Shown: positions 61,801 through 64,000 of the stretch, one piece after another
Layout: each line of letters begins with the position of its first letter
Numbering within the stretch: the first letter of the stretch is position 1
DNA from: an uncultured bacterium
GTDB taxonomy: Bacteria; Krumholzibacteriota; Krumholzibacteriia; LZORAL124-64-63
NCBI GenBank assembly: GCA_963727525.1
Contig: CAVSGO010000007.1
Location: 1,536,001-1,600,000 of the forward strand
DNA: 64,000 nucleotides
Direction of reading: 5' to 3'
The notes under the pieces: generated by a model
What the model saw: only the letters and a program-made list of their open reading frames with translations
Told to the model about the DNA's origin: nothing
Databases searched by the model: none
Made by a program: the position numbers and the translations under genes

Positions 61801-61915
61801 CCTTGTTCTTGCCGTACTGCGCCCCGGCCGGCGCCGCCAGCAGCAGCGCACAGGCGAGCACGACGGCCACACCGACGACGCGGCTAGTATTCGAATCGGT
61901 ACTTGAGGTCCACAT
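58826..61915 (-). CDS. Omp85-family outer-membrane protein with N-terminal zincin-like domain and PD40/TolB beta-propeller
   Basis: Signal peptide then QYGKNKVQ; HELVH...WFAEGVAE; repeats PALSPDG, WSPEG, PAWSPDG, PRWSPDG; barrel with LRGY loop; C-terminal FQFSIGPDF. Start uncertain (61915 or 61870). Confidence 0.85.
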   Translation of the reverse strand: MWTSSTDSNTSRVVGVAVVLACALLLAAPAGAQYGKNKVQTHALSWQVLVTPHFDIHFHDGADELAVRAAVIAERAYKEYADRLDRELPFRVPFILYSSHAAFAQTNISDYLIGEGTGGFSEPFRNRVVLPYDGSQADFVHVIRHELVHVFMFDMAYGPRGAELGRNAFFQIPLWFAEGVAEWLSSGWDAEADMVIRDATINDYLVPLDLASGFLVYKEGQAAMRLLSDRYGAEKLNEFWRAVGRQRSVDKALHRVYGLSMEELQKIYSRELRRRYWPDYAGLEQAADIARPLTDHEVDRASYNERPALSPDGDRVVYFTDRDGLLDLVLASAIDGRILRRLGRSMRSDRFESFHSFRSGLTWSPEGHEIALVAKSDNAETLHTIDVETGDVTRSLRLGLDIIANPAWSPDGRTVAVVGTRYGRTDLYLVDLGGDAPLAAADHAIGVPEDLGDGVRLYRLTDDVGDEGSPRWSPDGRRLVFAFDTMAELASEFAVDADGRRTLLWARRTGDANDDTSRTAPAPAVEILDVVSGRRHRLWESADGRREPIWVGPRTLALVDASDGLANLSVAQLDSAGSQVVGERRLTNLLGGIQHLTYSARGDRLVFSAFHYAGYDLYAADAFLAEWSHRQPTGTAPAPVAQAPPRLVDRAAAPDSLLIDPERIGRIEPYRPKFRLDASQALAGGSVYWTSAGGLGLANIITLSDDLGDRRLDILLNFYGSFDNSDLAFTYTRLDHRINLSGGAFLLNNYYNSVLTSVGELLTNDTLFKEKNYGVFGRASYPLSTFDRIDLTLQAMRSERTLYDVDNFGFLVPTDRRNNLLLEPELDYVHDNALYGLHGPMLGSRWSASFSRTVPLGDSGLDRWTGVFDLRKYWLPLRRNSLALHVTYARSDGADPRAFIIGGPWTLRGYRYYDYQTLPALAGSKLALFSLEYRLPLVDYLIFGWPARWGITGIGGALYFDAGSAWTDRVKLFGSDDSGRWGMDELHGDVGLGLRFNFLFLPVKLDWAWRTDLRKIGGNIFQFSIGPDF

Positions 61916-64000
61916 TGTACGTCGCATCGCCCTGGTACTCGTCCACACGGCGGCGGATCTCGGTCTGCAGCAGCAGGTGGTTGGTAATCTGGTACTCCAC
62001 GAGCAGATCGCGGTCGTCCGCGTTCAGCCCCTGCGCGTACTTCACATAAAGGTCGTTCCAGAGGTACTTGCCAAGTCCGATGAGCGGATCGAGGCCGGCC
62101 CCGCCGGGTTGCTGGCGCTGGATCTGCTCGAGCTCCACCGTGTCGAAGAATCCCATCTCGCCGGCGATCTCCCGCTCCAGGACGTTCAGGCCCGCACCCA
62201 GGGAGGCGTTGGCCAGGGCCGTGCGGTCGCCCTGCTCGTCGGGATAGGGCGATAGTCCCATCAGCATACGCTCGATCGCGTCGCGCGGGTAGCCGCTCTC
62301 GCTGCTGTAGGTGATCTCCGGCGCGTTCAACGGCCCGGCGGCGTGCACCGTGAGGCGCTCGATCACGCTGGTGCCACCGGCCTGCCCGCGCAGACGCACC
62401 CGGGTCTCGGCATCGAGATCGACTTGCGGGACCAGCCCCACCTCGCGGCTGAAGTCGAGACGGCCACGCACGACCTTGAACGAGTTGTTGAACACCGGCA
62501 GACGGCCGCTGTCGACGTCCATGCGCCCGCGCATGAAGAGGCCGTCCTCGTCGCGCACCACCGTCACGTCCCCGGACATGTCCAGCTCGTAGTTGCGGTT
62601 GAGGATGCGCGCCGTGCGCGGCGGACCGGTCACGTGTACGTCGGCCAGCCAGGCGGGCGACACCGTCGCCACGGTGGCCTCGTCCGCACCCGGCTCGGCA
62701 GCGAACGTGCCCGTGTAGCGGCCGCGGATCAGCTCCAGGTCGCCGGTGAACTTGGGCACGAGCATGTCGTCGGGGCCCACCGAGACACCCGTGATGCGGG
62801 CATTCCGCGAGCGGACCAGCGCGCGCAGATCCGGGATCGAGGCGAGCAGGAAGCGGTCGGTGTCGAATTGTACATCGAAGCCCGTCACCTTCAGGCCGTC
62901 GAAGGTGACGGTGCCCGTGCCGGCCAGCGTCCCCTTCATCCCTTCCTCGCCGTGCAACTGTGTGAGCGTGAGCACGTCGCCGCCGAACACCCCGCGCACG
63001 AAGCAGTCGTGGTACACCTCCTCCGTGTTGCGCAGCACGAACCCGGCATCGCGGATGGCGATCTCGCCCTGGTACTGCGGATGTGCGAGTGGACCCGAGA
63101 TCGTGATCTCGCCCTCGCCGCGCCCGCTGCTCTCGACGAAGGCATTGGTCGCCACGGCGAGCGGCTGGAGATCCGAGTCGTGCGGCACCGTGATCCGCGC
63201 GTAGAAGGGTCCGTCGAGGGGCGACGTCGGACTCGAGAGGAAGTCGAGCGTCACCGGGATCTCCAGGCGGCCCCGCAGCGCGAACTGGTCCTGCTGGCCC
63301 TGCAGATCGGCGAGCGTGAGCTGCGAGGCATCGGCATGGACGCTGCCGGTGAGGCGATCGAGGTGGAGCCAGTGGATGTTGAAGGGTGCACTGTCGAGCT
63401 GGCCGGTGACCTCGGGCGATCGCGAGGTGCCGCCCACGTGGAGCTGGCCGTCGACACGGCCGGACAGACGATCGAGAGCCGGCAGCGCGAACTGGTCGAG
63501 GAAGGCCCAGTCGCCGCCGGTGACGGTCAGCTCGAGGTCGAGGTCGGCGCCGGGCCAGAAGTCGGTGATGCCGGTACCCGGATGCGACACCGAGCCGGCC
63601 CCCAGCACGAGGCCGTATTCCGTGCCCAGGTACATGTCCTGCAGCGTCACCACACCGCCACGCAGGCTACCGTTCACCGCCATCGTGTCGACCCGCGCCA
63701 AGGGGAAGCTCGCGCCGGCGAGGGTGCCCCACAGGTCGACCTCCGGCACGTCGGGCGTGCCGCCGAGCCGCGCCCGTGCCGTGACCCGCCCCCCCGGCCG
63801 ACCGATCTCCGGTAGCAGGGGTACGAGGAAGTCCAGGTCGACCTGCTCGAGATCGAGCTCGCCGTCCAGGGGCGCGTCGCCGTGGTAGTCGACACGGCCA
63901 TCGACCACGCCCTGGGCCGACTTCACGCGCAGCGCCGGGATCTGTAGACGCCGCGGCCCCACGCCTATCCTCGCCGGCGCCGTCGTCTGCCAGCTATTGC
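61884..64000 (-). CDS. tamB: TamB/AsmA-like translocation and assembly module protein (5' part outside the window)
   Basis: Gly-rich beta-taco repeats (GRVDGQLHVGGTSRSPEVTG, ISGPLAHPQYQG); TamB C-terminal LGKYLWNDLYVKY...VEYQI...DLKYRFEY. Confidence 0.85.
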   Translation of the reverse strand, partial: NSWQTTAPARIGVGPRRLQIPALRVKSAQGVVDGRVDYHGDAPLDGELDLEQVDLDFLVPLLPEIGRPGGRVTARARLGGTPDVPEVDLWGTLAGASFPLARVDTMAVNGSLRGGVVTLQDMYLGTEYGLVLGAGSVSHPGTGITDFWPGADLDLELTVTGGDWAFLDQFALPALDRLSGRVDGQLHVGGTSRSPEVTGQLDSAPFNIHWLHLDRLTGSVHADASQLTLADLQGQQDQFALRGRLEIPVTLDFLSSPTSPLDGPFYARITVPHDSDLQPLAVATNAFVESSGRGEGEITISGPLAHPQYQGEIAIRDAGFVLRNTEEVYHDCFVRGVFGGDVLTLTQLHGEEGMKGTLAGTGTVTFDGLKVTGFDVQFDTDRFLLASIPDLRALVRSRNARITGVSVGPDDMLVPKFTGDLELIRGRYTGTFAAEPGADEATVATVSPAWLADVHVTGPPRTARILNRNYELDMSGDVTVVRDEDGLFMRGRMDVDSGRLPVFNNSFKVVRGRLDFSREVGLVPQVDLDAETRVRLRGQAGGTSVIERLTVHAAGPLNAPEITYSSESGYPRDAIERMLMGLSPYPDEQGDRTALANASLGAGLNVLEREIAGEMGFFDTVELEQIQRQQPGGAGLDPLIGLGKYLWNDLYVKYAQGLNADDRDLLVEYQITNHLLLQTEIRRRVDEYQGDATYNVDLKYRFEY

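Overview
A very GC-rich, gene-dense segment of a bacterial chromosome. The organism is diderm (TamB and an Omp85 barrel). FlgD/T9SS-like C-terminal domains and [T/A]WGxxKxxF tails suggest an FCB-superphylum candidate lineage such as Krumholzibacteriota/Latescibacterota; this is inference only. Housekeeping content: tRNA-Leu-tig-clpP-clpX-lon-engB, purA, tRNA-Lys, nadA plus a cysteine desulfurase, xseAB, pcrA/uvrD and a 4-domain S1 protein. A large peptide/amino-acid catabolism set is present: Lys-C-type protease, PepF, M29/M17/M1 aminopeptidases, POT and DAACS transporters, a Vor-type 2-oxoacid:ferredoxin oxidoreductase, crotonase, thl-hbd-acyl-CoA dehydrogenase, methylmalonyl-CoA epimerase and a Na+-pumping decarboxylase operon (mmdA-D-C-B order). 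There are also signalling genes (sigma54 activator, two degenerate kinases, an orphan cheW behind a sigma28 promoter) and one ~0.9 kb IS1-like element with 28-bp inverted repeats. The most notable observations: (1) a shared C-terminal WGxxKxxF tail on two unrelated secreted proteins, a candidate sorting signal; (2) exonuclease VII whose large subunit ends in a clamp-binding motif (QQALF) and whose small subunit ends in an SSB-tail mimic (DDDTPF); (3) TamB coupled to a POTRA-less zincin/beta-propeller/Omp85 protein; (4) the IS, whose ORF runs from IR to IR at a TA duplication. No CRISPR array, rRNA or prophage was seen. Start codons were chosen by eye from RBS and family length; many long ORFs in the track are antisense shadows.
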